From contig JAUZTB010000069.1 in assembly GCA_034780895.1 (NCBI GenBank), positions 12,777,185 through 12,841,184 of the forward strand: a stretch of DNA of 64,000 bases, given 5' to 3'. Made by a program: the position numbers and the translations under genes. This document shows positions 38,236 to 51,700 of the stretch, in pieces (position 1 is the first letter of the stretch; each line of letters begins with the position of its first letter). The notes under the pieces are model-generated. The model worked only from the letters and a program-made list of their open reading frames with translations. It was not told where the DNA came from and did no database searches. Source of the stretch: Rhynchobatus australiae. Lineage: Eukaryota.

Positions 38236-41200
38236 GTTGTGTGNNNNNNNNNNNNNNNNNNNNNNNNNNNNNNNNNNNNNNNNNNNNNNNNNNNNNNNNN
38301 NNNNNNNNNNNNNNNNNNNNNNNNNNNNNNNNNNNNNNNNNNNNNNNNNNNNNNNNNNNNNNNNNNNNNNNNNNNNNCTGGCTGTGATTTCTCTCTCACT
38401 CAGCACCACTAAACCTATTCACACTGCCGCTTGACAGAGCAGTTGTGCTTAAACTGGCTGCCACATGTCAGTGACAGCACTTCAACAGCCTTATACTTTG
38501 TTTTTCTTTAAAGAGACCTGAAGGTTGCTACAGAAATGCAACCATCTCTTTCTGGAGCAGTGTTGAGAAATGTTGCAGGGTAAATAAAAAGTAATTCACT
38601 TAGAATGAACTAAATTATTTTCCAGTATTTACTAATTTTAAGAAGCATAATTTCCTTGCTCCATCCTCTTACCTCAATTTCACAAAATTTTCTGGAATAA
38701 GAGGAAAAACTAACAACCATGCCAAATCTTTCCCCATTTCCATTAAATTCCCCCATTAAGTAAATTCTTTCCTTTGGCAATTTCTCAATCTCAGAAATAA
38801 TGTTAAGAATGGATGGAAATTCTGGATTTGGCACTTAAAACTCTGAAAATCCATTTTGTAACTCTTTATATAAAGACCAACACTTTTTTTTAAATTAACA
38901 TCTTCCAATGTTGCCAGGTTGGTAGACAGACACTCAATCACTGAACCTGCAGAAACGTGGTTGTTCACCAGGGGGCAGTCCAGCTTCACAGAGCATTTGA
39001 TGATTGAATGCAAATGACTCCAAGAATCATCCTCAGCAATTCCATTGTATCACTGACAGATTAAATTATTTCCATCTCAAAAATATGTTACGGACTGTCA
39101 GATACATTTTAAAAACAAAAATTCTTTTAGAAGATATAAAGTTCACACAGCCTGACAAGTCCTACAAGAAACATTCCTGTACTTACTGAGTATTGGAAAG
39201 CAATGTGTGACTACTGCTGTGCCTTGGAGGTTCTCACTGTGTGGTTTAAAGGGGAAACGCACCAGGGGTTCTTTCTGCCCATCGCAGAAGAGTTGTGAGA
39301 TACGATGAGTAGAAGGGGGATGATCTCCTGCCTGCTAGTCGAGCACTTGAGGTGCAGGAACATAGTCAGCCAGGAATTCACTGGTGCCCTCAGGGGCTAA
39401 TTAGACACTGCACAATACACTAAGAGAAATTTTGCATTTGGCAGGGACAAGACCACCACTGCTTAATGAATTAGTGTCACTAGAGGTGCGGCCCAACCTC
39501 CACGTGACGCAGCAGGGCAGAGCTGGCTTAGGCAAAGTGAAGTCCTGGGGTCGAGTGATGGGTGGGTGGGGGCAGTTGATGGTGATGACTGGTGGACAGC
39601 TGCAACCAGCAACTGAGGAGGGGGTGACCTGCAGTGCCTGCGAGTCGGTGGAATATCAGTGAGTGAGTTCAGGGAGTAAGTAGTGGGCCTGTGAGTCAGG
39701 AGGAGATCAGTGGGTGGGACCAGGCGAGGGTNNNNNNNNNNNNNNNNNNNNNNNNNNNNNNNNNNNNNNNNNNNNNNNNNNNNNNNNNNNNNNNNNNNNN
39801 NNNNNNNNNNNNNNNNNNNNNNNNNNNNNNNGAAAGCAGGACATGCAAAGAAAAGTCAATGAATCCCAGGTCGGGATGCCCTTCATTGAGGACCCTTTAA
39901 ATTGCACAAGTACAGAGGGAGCAGTGCTGGAATTGCCTGAAGTTGGGCACACTTTGAAACCACGTGAATAATAGAAACAACACTACCAGAGTTATCACCA
40001 TGCCCATCCAAACTTGTGCACCATGTGGGAGATGAAATCTACCGTTGGGGGGGGGGGAAGGGGAGCGTCTAGCAGTTAAAATAGACTGGAAGATTTACTC
40101 CAAGGATATCTGCCTCAATGTGACCCACTGCCACTTGACATTGCAGATGGCAAGGACCAAAGCCAGCGGAGAACTTTTAATATGCAAAGTGACAATGATG
40201 AATTTGTGCAGTTCTGTATCCACAAAGTTTCCCTCCCGCGAAGAAGAAATAGATTCTGGGCCCAGCGGAGTACAGAACGTTGGATTTTTCTTTTTGTTTT
40301 AAATTTGGCGTTTTGCTGTGGGTCAGGCTGGACATTAATGCTCCTCCAGAGGTCACAAGTAAAGGGTGGACCTGCCCAATCCTGGGCTGTCGGCCTTCTC
40401 ACTCAGCCTCTCCTCCCAGCCTTAGTGCCAGGGCCTATTCCTTCAGGTCATCGGCAGCAGCTCCCACCACAAAACCCAAGGGGCAGCTGCAGATCCAGTA
40501 AGGCCCAGCTGTTCATCCAGGGTCACCCACAGTCACCCAGCAATTAGAATTATTATGACTAAAATCTGATTTAAAGTGGATTTGTAGGTTTAACAAGATT
40601 CAGGCCCTTCACTTACAGCTTTGTGGGCTGAAGGGCCTGAATTGAGCCGCAGTTTTTCTATGTTCTAAGATGTTGAAGAGACAGGAATATTTCCGAATCA
40701 AGGTGCCATGGAAAATACAGTTGATTTTTTGGTGAAATAAATGACCAAATAAGGATTCCAACAGGAACATTCTTCTGTCCTGAGGAATTTCTACAGATGC
40801 CCTAACAAGACCAGAGCAAAGACAAGCTATATAAATCTGCAATATCTTGTGTCTCCACATGTATGTGGTTGGATATAATTAGTTATTATTCATTATGATT
40901 ACATTTCATCTCACCGAGGTGCTTGCNNNNNNNNNNNNNNNNNNTAAGCAAGAGCAGAGGTAAAACAGCTTGAATGAATAGAAAGTTAGAGTGATTCTCA
41001 ATTTACAATCTTATCGCCACTCTATTATCACGATTTATTTGTATCACAGTCTGATTATGTATTACCGTTTTCAGCAACTGTTGTACTGACAGAACAATGC
41101 CAGCAGCTGTCAAATTGCCTTCATTTACACCAAGTACAACTGAATCAGAATGTTTGTTTAACAATACAGTTTAATTTCTTTTTCCCAGCCCTTTGTACGG

Positions 41201-41921
41201 TTTGAAATAATTGGAAAATTATAACACAAGCATCATTTTTAATGATGTGCATTATCCTGGCTTCTTCTGTACTTTGTTATCCAAGTGAGATGCTATAGAT
41301 GGTGCAGATATTAACATATTAATGCACTGATAATGACTGTACAGTGGATACAATCTGGAGGCCTGGACTACCCAGATATGAGAATTGGAGTTCCACAATG
41401 AACACTAGGGAATTTAAATTCAATTAATTACACTTCAAGGATATGCCATTACCTTTAACAGTAACCATGAACCCAGCATATTGTTGTAAAAATCCATCTA
41501 GTTCAACAAGCATCGTGAGGGGAAGGAATTCTGTTGCATTTACCAGATGTGGTTTGGAAAGTCCGAAAAGTAAAAGTTCCACGGGAGCCGAGGAAAGTGG
41601 CAAATTAGATCCTAAGGCAGGAAGCAAGTGTCTGAAGGCTCACTTGGTTTTTTTTTGGATGTACGTAATCAATTACTTGGACTGAAATCTAGGAGGCAGG
41701 ATTAAGACCTTTGTAATGATACAAAATGGTCATTTGGCTGATGATTAAGGAGAATGTTGTAGACTTCAGGCAGACACAGAAAAAATGATAAATGGAATTC
41801 TATACAGAGAGGAATTGTGAGGAAATGCATCAAGGTCCAGAATACACAAAATGGTGGGATACTGAGAACTGTGGAAGAATACAATGGTCTAACACTGCTT
41901 ATCCAAGATGGTCAAGGCAGC

Positions 41922-42164
41922 TGTGTTATTACCTGTTGTTTTGTAGTTATAATAAAGAACTACAGTTCCCAGTAGGCAATGCATTGGGGACCAGGAAGTC
42001 ACTGTGAGTAAATAAGCAAGCTGTGTAAACAAACAGGATGGGTTTGCAGACTCTGTGTTGCAGCCTGGAGCAAGATGAAGTAACTATTTTTGTGTTGTAT
42101 TAAAGAGTTCAGAAGTTAAAACCCCACACCAAGTTTTGTCTCTTAATGAGGAACAAACATAACA
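41922..42164 (+). mobile_element. Solo LTR (243 bp) with 5-bp TSD GCAGC
   Basis: Starts TG(TGTTAT) and ends (ATAA)CA. GCAGC lies at 41917-41921 and 42165-42169. ATTAAA near 42098. Confidence 0.6.
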
Positions 42165-45100
42165 GCAGCAAGTGGGTTCCTTTATGGGTTGGGTATGGAA
42201 TGGAAGAGCAGAAAGGTGAGATTAGAACTGTGTGCAAGCTGGGCCACAGCTGGAGCTGTGCACAAAGTTCTGGTCACCACACAGCAGGAAGGTTAAACTC
42301 CAACAGTTGTCACCCTCTGGACTTTGGTGGTGTCAGACTGGCACATTTTCCAGATAATTGCAAAGTACTCCTATTAATACACCAAAAATGTTTTTAATTC
42401 ACCTTTTTTTACCACCCCACCCCCAAGTTGTTTCACAGCAGTTTAATACATCTTGCAGTGAACTAGGCAAATTAAGGGAGGGTGGGAAACAAAACCTGAT
42501 CAGTTTAAAAGGAGGGTGGGAATGGGGTGACCGAGCTCAGGAGGTTTAAGGTGAGGACTGATGGAGAAGCTTGGTTGTGAGGAGAGATTGGCTGATTTCT
42601 TTGTAGCAAGACAGGAGAAGTTTAAATTTCCTTGCATAAAAGTATGAGAGACCTTAGCAACATGAACAGGAAGGATCCACTGAAATTAAACATTGGTTTA
42701 CAGTAATTGACTGTACTATAGTTTCATAACACCTTCTGAGAACATCTTACACAACAACAGTATAGAAAAAATGTCAGATGTTGCAGTGAGGTAGATAATA
42801 ACATGAGAATCTTAGGCTCAATGACCAGTGGTTTCTGGTTCCATTAAAACTGATGGACATAAAAAGGGGGGGCCTGTGTCACCCAGTGAGCAGCAAGTAC
42901 CTGGAAATGCACAGCCTGAGAGAGAGCTGGAGGCAGAGCAGCCAACAACATTTAACAAGGGTCTAGTCGAGCACTTGAGTCACCCAGGCAAAGAAGGCTG
43001 TGGGCCAAGTGCCGGGAGATGGGATTAATATGGACGGGTGTCCACTGGTCAGTGCTGACATAGTGGGCCAAATGGCCTGTTTCCATGCTTAATGACTCGA
43101 ATGAACATCAAACCTCCTCAAGTCTGTTCACCTCAACATTTGATGCCTAAACAGAATGCCTTCGTAAGCGAAACTCCATGTCAGGACAATAGATTTATAA
43201 AGTTACTCCCTGCTTTGAGATTAAAGACAGCCAATAAAGAACAACAGTAGGTTTAATGTGCATCATGTGGCAAATAAAATCTTATATAATGGGATGAATT
43301 TTCACAAATGGAATAAAATGCCTATATTCCTCATTCCCCCAAGATTACCCTTAACCAATCTTGCTGGCTTAGACAGTCCTAGACCCAAATGGCAAGACGT
43401 CAAGTGGGAGCAGGGAATTAATTGGTAAATTGATTTATTATTGCCACATGTACTGAAGTGCAGTGAAAAACTTTTTTGCAAACCATCTATACAGATGATT
43501 TCATCACATCAGTACATTGAGGTAGAAGGGAAAAGCAATAAGAGAATACAGAATAACGTGTTACAGCCACATAGTTGAGTGGTGTGTGGTCAGAACAAGC
43601 TCCATGCAAAACTATTCGGACAACAAAACCCTCTGTCCTACTTTGCCATCTGTCATTCAATGTTTTTGAATGGGATGTCAACACATATTGCCATTTGCAA
43701 AAATTAACGATGCAGAGTTACATTGCAGGCAACAACCTTTGAGACTCAACATTAAATTAAGCATCTGAAGTTACAACAACATTGCCACTTAAGGAATAGG
43801 TATTATTAGTCTTTTTGTTTTATCGACATTAATTTTTGAACTGATCTATTACACAGTAGAATGTTGCTGCAAGTAAATGAGTATTAGTGCTAGCAATAAG
43901 GTTAGCATTAAAACTTCCATCACATTGTCACTGACAAGTGCAAGCATCTCAACAGGTAAATCAAATGGAAATTTGCTATAAAGTTAATTAGGGTAGGAGT
44001 ATCTGATGCATCTTGAAACAACATCTTATCAACAGCCTAGTATTGTTCACGTAAAAAGGACAGCACTGAAGTCTGCAATAAAATAATTTTGGTCATCAAG
44101 CATTCAAAGACCCTCATATAAATGAATAAATGACTTCAGGATCAATAACAATGATACCAAACACACAAGTAAACAATCCTACATGATTGAAAAGCAATGA
44201 TCACACCCACGTCACTGTCCATTTCCATGGATATAATATGAAGAATGTAGCTATTAGTAACAGAAAATAATGACAAAGACCCCAATCATAGACCTACATA
44301 CTTCTCTAAATTCAATTAAAAAATTTTAAAAACTGATGATGAACGTGTGAATGTTTGAGGAAAATGGCACGAGCAGTACTGAGATAAACAGTTTTGGGGA
44401 CAGCACAGAGGCACGCTGCCTCATATCAGGATCAAGCCTGCGTGGCTCAAGTTCTTTGGTGCTGAGCTTTGCTACTGTCAAAGTAGCAAAGAGTACAAGA
44501 GATATCATATTTGTACCAGTGAGAATGGATGGAATCAAGGTAGGAAGAACTAAGTTAGATGGGGCATGAGCAGGCTGAAGTAATGGGTCTTCCCAGAAAG
44601 TCCTGCTTGTGGATCTTGAGCAAGAGATAGAGGCAAGCTATACAAAGAAGTGAGACTACAATGCTGGAAGCTATGGAGGGAAGATCTCCTGAGGAAATGG
44701 AATGGCCTGATATTCATTGGTGGGGTCATGGTCTGGATGGAGGTGTGCTGGTGTCTGAGAGATGACATTTGGCCTCTGCAAGACAGAGGTCAGTTCATCA
44801 GGCTTTAATAGCACCACCCCTGTCAGCGAGTTTGAAGACGATACAGGGTTGGTTCTTAGTGAATGGAATTCTGCAAGTTCAGAAAGGGGTAGGCTAGAAT
44901 GAGTAAGGGATGTGGAAAAATCAAGGTGGTCACAGTTGTGTCAGTGGTTAGCAATGAATAGGTCTGGAGAGGAGGAGAGAACAGAGAGAGGATTCAGGTG
45001 GATTGGGAATTCTGGAGACAGAAGAAAAGCATAACTTAACAGTGACACGTTGTTTTCTACATGGCAAAATGACTGCCCTCCAACAACAATACATCACTAG

Positions 45101-45519
45101 CTATGTAGCACTTTGGCATGTAGTAAAAGGGCCTCCAAAAACATAAGCTCTCATATGTTCTCATATTTCTACCCTCTCATATTTCTCAAAAGGAATCCCT
45201 GCCTCTTGCTTCTGAATCCTCTTTGCTCAAGCCAAAATTCTATACTACCTATCCTTGTTCCTATCCCAGATGCCTTTCCCCACCCTCACTTCACCAAATT
45301 AGTTAAACAACGTTAACTCATCACTTCCATTCGTTCTCACTTCTTTTCACACAGAACACCCTCAATGCTGACTAGTACAAAACTGCCAACCCCACACTGC
45401 CACCTGGTCACTGTTGCTTCCTTATTACTCTTTACTCACTTTCTTATTACACTTTAACCCACTTTCCTTTTGAACTTATCATCACTGCCCAGGACCACGG
45501 TACTTCACTAACCTACGCC

Positions 45520-45825
45520 CCCCATCACGCCTCAGGTCTTCATCACTTCCCCCCGCATCAATCCTCAGGCTCGCAGCACACCCCCATCACTCACCTCCCC
45601 AGCCTCATCACTCACCACCAAGCCTCCCCTGAACACTCCCCCACCCCTTCCCTGCCCTCATCACCCCCTCCACCCTCATCACTGCCACCTTCCCCACCCC
45701 CATTACTCCCCCTCCTCCCCACACACCCACTCCTCCCCACCCCCATTGCTCCCATTCCTCCCCCTCCACCCCCATTCCTACCCCCCCACCCCCGGTCCAC
45801 CTTCTCCTCGTTCCTCCCCACTCCT
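45520..45825. repeat. C-rich low-complexity tract (G-rich on the ASS1 sense strand)
   Basis: Dense CCC/CCCC runs leading into an N gap. Confidence 0.85.
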
Positions 45826-45926
45826 NNNNNNNNNNNNNNNNNNNNNNNNNNNNNNNNNNNNNNNNNNNNNNNNNNNNNNNNNNNNNNNNNNNNNNNNNNN
45901 NNNNNNNNNNNNNNNNNNNNNNNNNA

Positions 45927-46503
45927 GTACAGGAGTCAAGAAGTTACTATGGATCGCTAACAACTCTGGTTAGGCCGCATTTAGAGTATTGCGTGCAATT
46001 CTGGTCACCTCATGATAGGAAGGATGTCAAGGCTTTAGAGAGGGTGCAGAGGAGGTTTACTGGGATGCTGCCTGGATTAGAGGGTGCTATCAGGAGAGGC
46101 CGGACAAACTTGGGGTCTTTTCTCTGGAGCGGTGGAGGCTGTGGGCTGATCTGTTGGAAGTGTATAAGATTATGAGGGGCATAGATAGGGTGGACAAGTA
46201 ATATCTTCTTCCCATTATTGAGCGATCCAATAACAGAGGGCGTGCATTTAAGGTGAGAGGGCGTAGGTTCAGAAGAGATGCAAGGGACAAATTTTTTTTA
46301 CTGAGAGAGTGGTGGATGCCTGGAATACATTGCCTGATAGGGTGGAGGCAGCAAATTCATTGGGGGCTCTTAAGAGGGGCTTCGACAGGCACATGAATGA
46401 GAGGAAAATGGAGAGATATGGGCATTCTGTAGGTAGGAGGGAATAGCTATGTCGGCACAACATTGTGGGCTGAAGGGCCTGTTCTATGCTGTACTGTTCT
46501 ATG
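45927..46503 (+). mobile_element. CR1 LINE 3' end
   Basis: [31 protein letters not shown] plus the 3' UTR. Confidence 0.9.
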
Positions 46504-48812
46504 TTGCAAGTTTGGGAGCTCTGTATTTGCATACATCCCAAAGCTTATCTGCACTTCCACTTATTGTTGCAAGTATACATCAGGCTGAAAAGACGTTAAC
46601 AGATTGATTGCTGAAATGGACTTTTTCCTTTCTCCAAGGAAGAAACAGCAAGTTAAAGCATTGACTTAGCACAGTAAGCATTCACAGGGTTGCAACTCAT
46701 CAAAATTACAGGTGGGCGATTTGAAAGAAGTCTAAGACTGATCTTCAGAACCATTCTGTTTTATAACATCAAGTAATGTTATAGTTATTCCGTGGCAACA
46801 ACAGTTGCCTCACAGAGACAAAGAGCAAGAAGCCAAGTGCTCATTCACTGCAGCAAAGCAGCTGGTCAGGGCAAAACTTAACTGAAGTTTCATCAAAAAA
46901 AACTATGCTGGAAAGCAAGTCCACTCCCAGCAGATGATATTACAGAATCTAAAGATTATCCTTTTCTAATTCTAGCTCTCCTTCAAAGCTTCAGCTCGAG
47001 TTAGTATTTCACTCAAGAGCTCTTCTGGCAACGTTGAACGGAGCTCCTTAATTATCAATGCCAGCTGAACTAAGGCATCAACAGGTTCCAATAGGAGGAA
47101 GGAAAAACTAACGAGAAACAAAGCAGAACATTCATATGGTAGGTGGCGAAGTCAGCAAAATGAAAACAGTTGTTGACTATTGGTTTGTGAAATCTTAATA
47201 TCACTTTGAGGGTTCTGTCTCAAGACATGGTAGCTTATCTTCTGTTGCTCTGTTTATGAATGACTCATCTCAAAGTGCAAGGTGTAACTTGACATATTAG
47301 ATAAGAAATAAAGGCATGCATTTGTTTTAGATTATCATCATCTCAGGATGTTCCAAGCTGCTGTAATGTAAACAAAATACTAAAGACTATTGTTATGGAA
47401 ATGCAACTGCTAAATTGAACACAGTGAAGTCTCACAAATAATAACTTATTTTCCTGATGTTGGCTGATTTGCCACATGGAATTTGTACTAACTTGCCTTT
47501 CATATTCATATGTAATACATTATCTTGCCTTTGGTCCTCATGGGTCTTACTGGAACACGAGTTATGCACTCCTGTTACTACCTGCACTCATGGCTTGCAA
47601 TAGAAATCATAGACAAGGTGAAATTTGATAAACCAGATGTGCTACGTGGCACATCATTTGCTTAAACTTTAACATTTATAAAGTGCATTGAGGGATCTAC
47701 CTTAACTAACCGGTCAGGCTGAAGACTCTATACTTCATTAAAAAAATGCCTGCACTCAAAGGATAATCAACTCCCCTCTAGTCCTGCAATTTCTGCCTCC
47801 CATTGACTGACCTCTAAGAGAATTACAGTAAAGTCCAATAATCCACTATCTGATTGCTCAGATATCAGAATGGTTCACCATCCGGCTCTCATTAGTCCAG
47901 AGAGAGAGCGCCAGGTGTCTGGAGTGCAGGTTGGTGTGTGGCAGGACCAGGACTGGGAACAGCAGGAGCCAGGAACGTTGGATTGGTTTGCAGCTGGAGC
48001 CAGGGTCCAGCTTGTTCTGACAAGTTGAAACATACAAGCTAAAATTCACCAGGTTTTGTACACTCCAAGCACACTGGGAGTCAGGTTTCCTGATGTCTTT
48101 GAACTTCCTGGGGCTCAGATTCCCACTTCCTTTATATTNNNNNNNNNNNNNNNNNNNNNNNNNNNNNNNNNNNNNNNNNNNNNNNNNNNNNNNNNNNNNN
48201 NNNNNNNNNNNNNNNNNNNNNNNNNNNNNNNNNNNNNNAATGTTGCAACTTGTAGTTCTGGATTCATAAAGCAGTTTCAGCAAAAGGAATTAGTTTAACT
48301 TGGGGATGCCCAAACCATGGCCCACAAGTCAAATTTGGCTCTGCAACTCTTGGATCAGGCTGTTAAAGGACCTCTGAACATCTACTGAAAAAGAGGCCCA
48401 CGGTATTGTGCATCGTTCAAAGGGCTCTTCCTCTGCCCGTCCCACTGAAGGAGAAGGCTATCCCTGCAGACCTTGTACACACTGGAATTTTTGTGCACAT
48501 ACAATCCATGCACAAAGGTGTCAAATATGTCATTTGATGTTTAGTAAATGTTCTATCCCATTTGTTGACATTTTGCAGGAGGAATTTCAGCCTGTGATCC
48601 TCTGTTGTTCACTGGAAATGACTCACCAAGTCTAAAAGCTTTTGTGCTTCTGGTCTGAATGTTCAAGTTCCATCACCTCCAAAATCAGACAGGAAGACCT
48701 TCTCATGTATTACAAATTTATCTACTTTTAATTTAACTCACACAACTCTTCCTGCTAATTATTAACTGTCCACCACAAAAGGATTTTGCTCCCCACCAGG
48801 AAAGGTAATCAA

Positions 48813-49100
48813 AACCTAGAGGGCATAGGTTTAAAGGTGAGAGGGGAGAGATCAAAAAGGGACCTGAGGAGTAACTTCATCACAGAGGGGAGTAGGTACA
48901 TGGACTGAGCTTCCAGTGGAAGTGGTTGAGGCAGGTACAATAACAACATTTCCAAGACCATTGGACAGGTACATGGATGGGAAAGGTTTAGAGGAATATG
49001 GGCCAAACATGGGCAAATGGAATTAGCTCAGTCAGGCAACTTGGTCAGCATGGATGAGTTGGGCCGAAGGGCCTGTTTTCTGTGCTGTATGGCTCTATGA
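48813..49100 (+). mobile_element. CR1 LINE 3' end
   Basis: tagagggcataggtttaaaggtgagagggg...gggccgaagggcctgtttt.tgtgctgtat. Confidence 0.8.
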
Positions 49101-49818
49101 CCGCATGATGTTATGACATGACCAAAACAAATTAACTGTTCACCATCACACTGTTGCTATTGGGAGCTTGCTATGCACTAATTTCCTACACTGGTATGGG
49201 CGTCTTGGTAGGCATGGACGAGTTGGACCGAAGGGCCTCTTTCAGTGCTGTATTCCTCTATAACTCTACTCCCCCTTGTTTAAGTGAGTCATTAGTTTGG
49301 TTCAGTGGGGAGTAAATTTGCCTGAAGGACAAGGTGTGTACACTCTGGCTCACTGCAGGACTTCATCCAAGCAGTTGGGGGCAATATTCACGGAGCATTA
49401 CATTGTTGTTAGTTTTGTAGTTCGGTGAGACAGTGAACAAATGGAAGTGAGATTATTTTTTAAAAAATAGAATCTGTACTGAAGACAAAAATGTAATTAA
49501 TCAATGAAAGTGGAGTCCATGTCTCAGTGGAACATGTCATGCCAACTGAAGTCACCGTGTACACCCAACAGCTACCAGCATGTGCTCTTACACAGAGGAC
49601 TAATGTCATGATTTCCCAAAACATGCCAGGAACACATGATGTTGTCAATCCCAGTTAACATTTTTATTCAAAGATTTCATTGCATTCTGTTTGGTGCTAT
49701 ACAGTAGAAGTTCCAGCCCAATATCATTTATTTTTCATTTAACATTTTAGTAACATCCAGTGAATGGAGATTAATGCACGCAACAGGAAACCAGCAGCTA
49801 AATTCAAATTATTCTTAC

Positions 49819-49926
49819 CAGATATGCAATAACTTCATATCCTTGTTCCTTCAACCAGACCAGAATACACGAGGTGTCCAAACCACCACTGTAGGCAAGA
49901 ACCACGGTGCCTTTTGACTGAGACAT
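49819..49926 (-). CDS. ASS1: Argininosuccinate synthase 1, coding exon 1 ([36 protein letters not shown])
   Basis: Manual translation gives the ASS ATP-binding motif AYSGGLDTS. The ATG is at 49926 with 5 nt of UTR (GCACA) after an AG acceptor at 49933-49932. A GTAAG donor starts at 49818. Confidence 0.97.
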
Positions 49927-51039
49927 TGTGCCTTAAGAAATTAGGGGGTAAAAAAAAACAGGCNNNNNNNNNNNNNNNNNNNNNNNNNNNNNNNNNNNNN
50001 NNNNNNNNNNNNNNNNNNNNNNNNNNNNNNNNNNNNNNNNNNNNNNNNNNNNNNNNNNNNNNNNNNNNNNNNNNNNNNNNNNNNNNNNNNNNNNNNNNNN
50101 NNNNNNNNNNNNNNNNNNNNNNNNNNNNNNNNNNNNNNNNNNNNNNNNNNNNNNNNNNNNNNNNNNNNNNNNNNNNNNNNNNNNNNNNNNNNNNNNNNNN
50201 NNNTGAAATATCCATATAGTTTTAAGGTTTACAGAGAATAAGGTTATAAATTAGCATATTTATCCTAACACCTGACAATACAAAAATCAGATCAAACTAT
50301 TATTTAAGAACAGAATAACCATGACAACCATGCCAACTTTATTGTACAAATTATTGTGGCTGAAAAGACTATGATTAGTGTTTGTGAATGGAATGCTTAT
50401 GCTGATTCACCCTGACAAATTGCAAAAATCCTTTTAGTTTCACTAATTATCAAAACAAAGATTTAACTGAATACATCTGGGAATGAGAGGCTCAAGACAT
50501 TAACTGAACAAAAATATCATCTGCAATGACTATACAGTATATGATGAAACGAATAGGCTTACATGAATAATTTTATTCAAAGCTTTTAAATATTCAAACT
50601 CATAATATTCAGAGTCTGATTGAGTTTCATTTCTCAAGCTTAAAGCAGCTGTTGAATTGATACTGAGTTCAGCTTCACTTAATCAATCAAGTTTGCAACC
50701 ACAATGATAACTGTTGTAATTCATTGTATCTTTATCAGAATAAAGCTACATGCAATTAATAACTCTCCTAAGTGTATTCTTCAATGGCTAGCATTCAAAC
50801 ATCTGCTGCTGGAAACTAACACTACATTATATTAGCACAGAAACTATACCAATTAATACATAGACAATTGATGTGTACTGTGCTTTAGAATGGAGCACTC
50901 CAGAGAATGAAACAAAGGGAACTAAAGGACTGTCAAACCCAGAGGGAGGCAATACTATGGTGCAGGTTAAAACCATTGCTCAGCTCTTGGTCATACCACT
51001 GCAGGTTATGGCTCTTCAAATGGCTACCCAGGCACATCT

Positions 51040-51700
51040 TAAATTGCTGAGGTCTTCTGCTCCCAGCACCTTCAGATGGCAAGTTCCAGACCCTCACCAC
51101 CACATGAGTGAAATAACTCTCACCTCCCCTCTGCTCCTTCCATTCATTAACTTTAATCTTTGGCCACCAGTTATCAACTTCCCTGCTAAGAGAAATAGTT
51201 TCTTACTGTTTATGTTATCCAGGCCACTCAATATTTTTACACATCTCAATTAAAGCTCCCCCGCGATCTCATTTGTCCCAAAGGAAACAACTGCAGCCTG
51301 GACAGTCTCTCCTCAGAACTATTATTCTGCCCTGGCATCAGCCCATGTAACATCCTTGTAAATTGCCTCTGCACCCTCTCTACACTGTGATGACTGGAGC
51401 TGTATTAAGAACATTGGGTAGGACCTAATTAATGCATTATGTTGTTCTAGAACTACCTCATTGCTCTTATGTTCTATAACTTGGCTAATGAAGACTAGTA
51501 CCCACTTAGAAAACCTTAAAAATAGGAGCAGTAGACCATTCAGTTCTTCAAGCTTGCTTCACCATTCAATACAATCATGGCTGATCCACCATCTCAATAC
51601 CATACTCCTTCTTTCCTAATTTATACCTTCTTAAACAAGATATGCTACCTTCAGGGATCTGTGGAGGTGTATACCAAGACCCTCCTGTTCCCCACCTCAC
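51040..51700 (-). mobile_element. Old CR1 3' fragments
   Basis: ttccagaccctcaccacc, ctctgcaccctctc and accttcagggatctgtgg motifs shared with the other CR1 copies. Confidence 0.55.
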
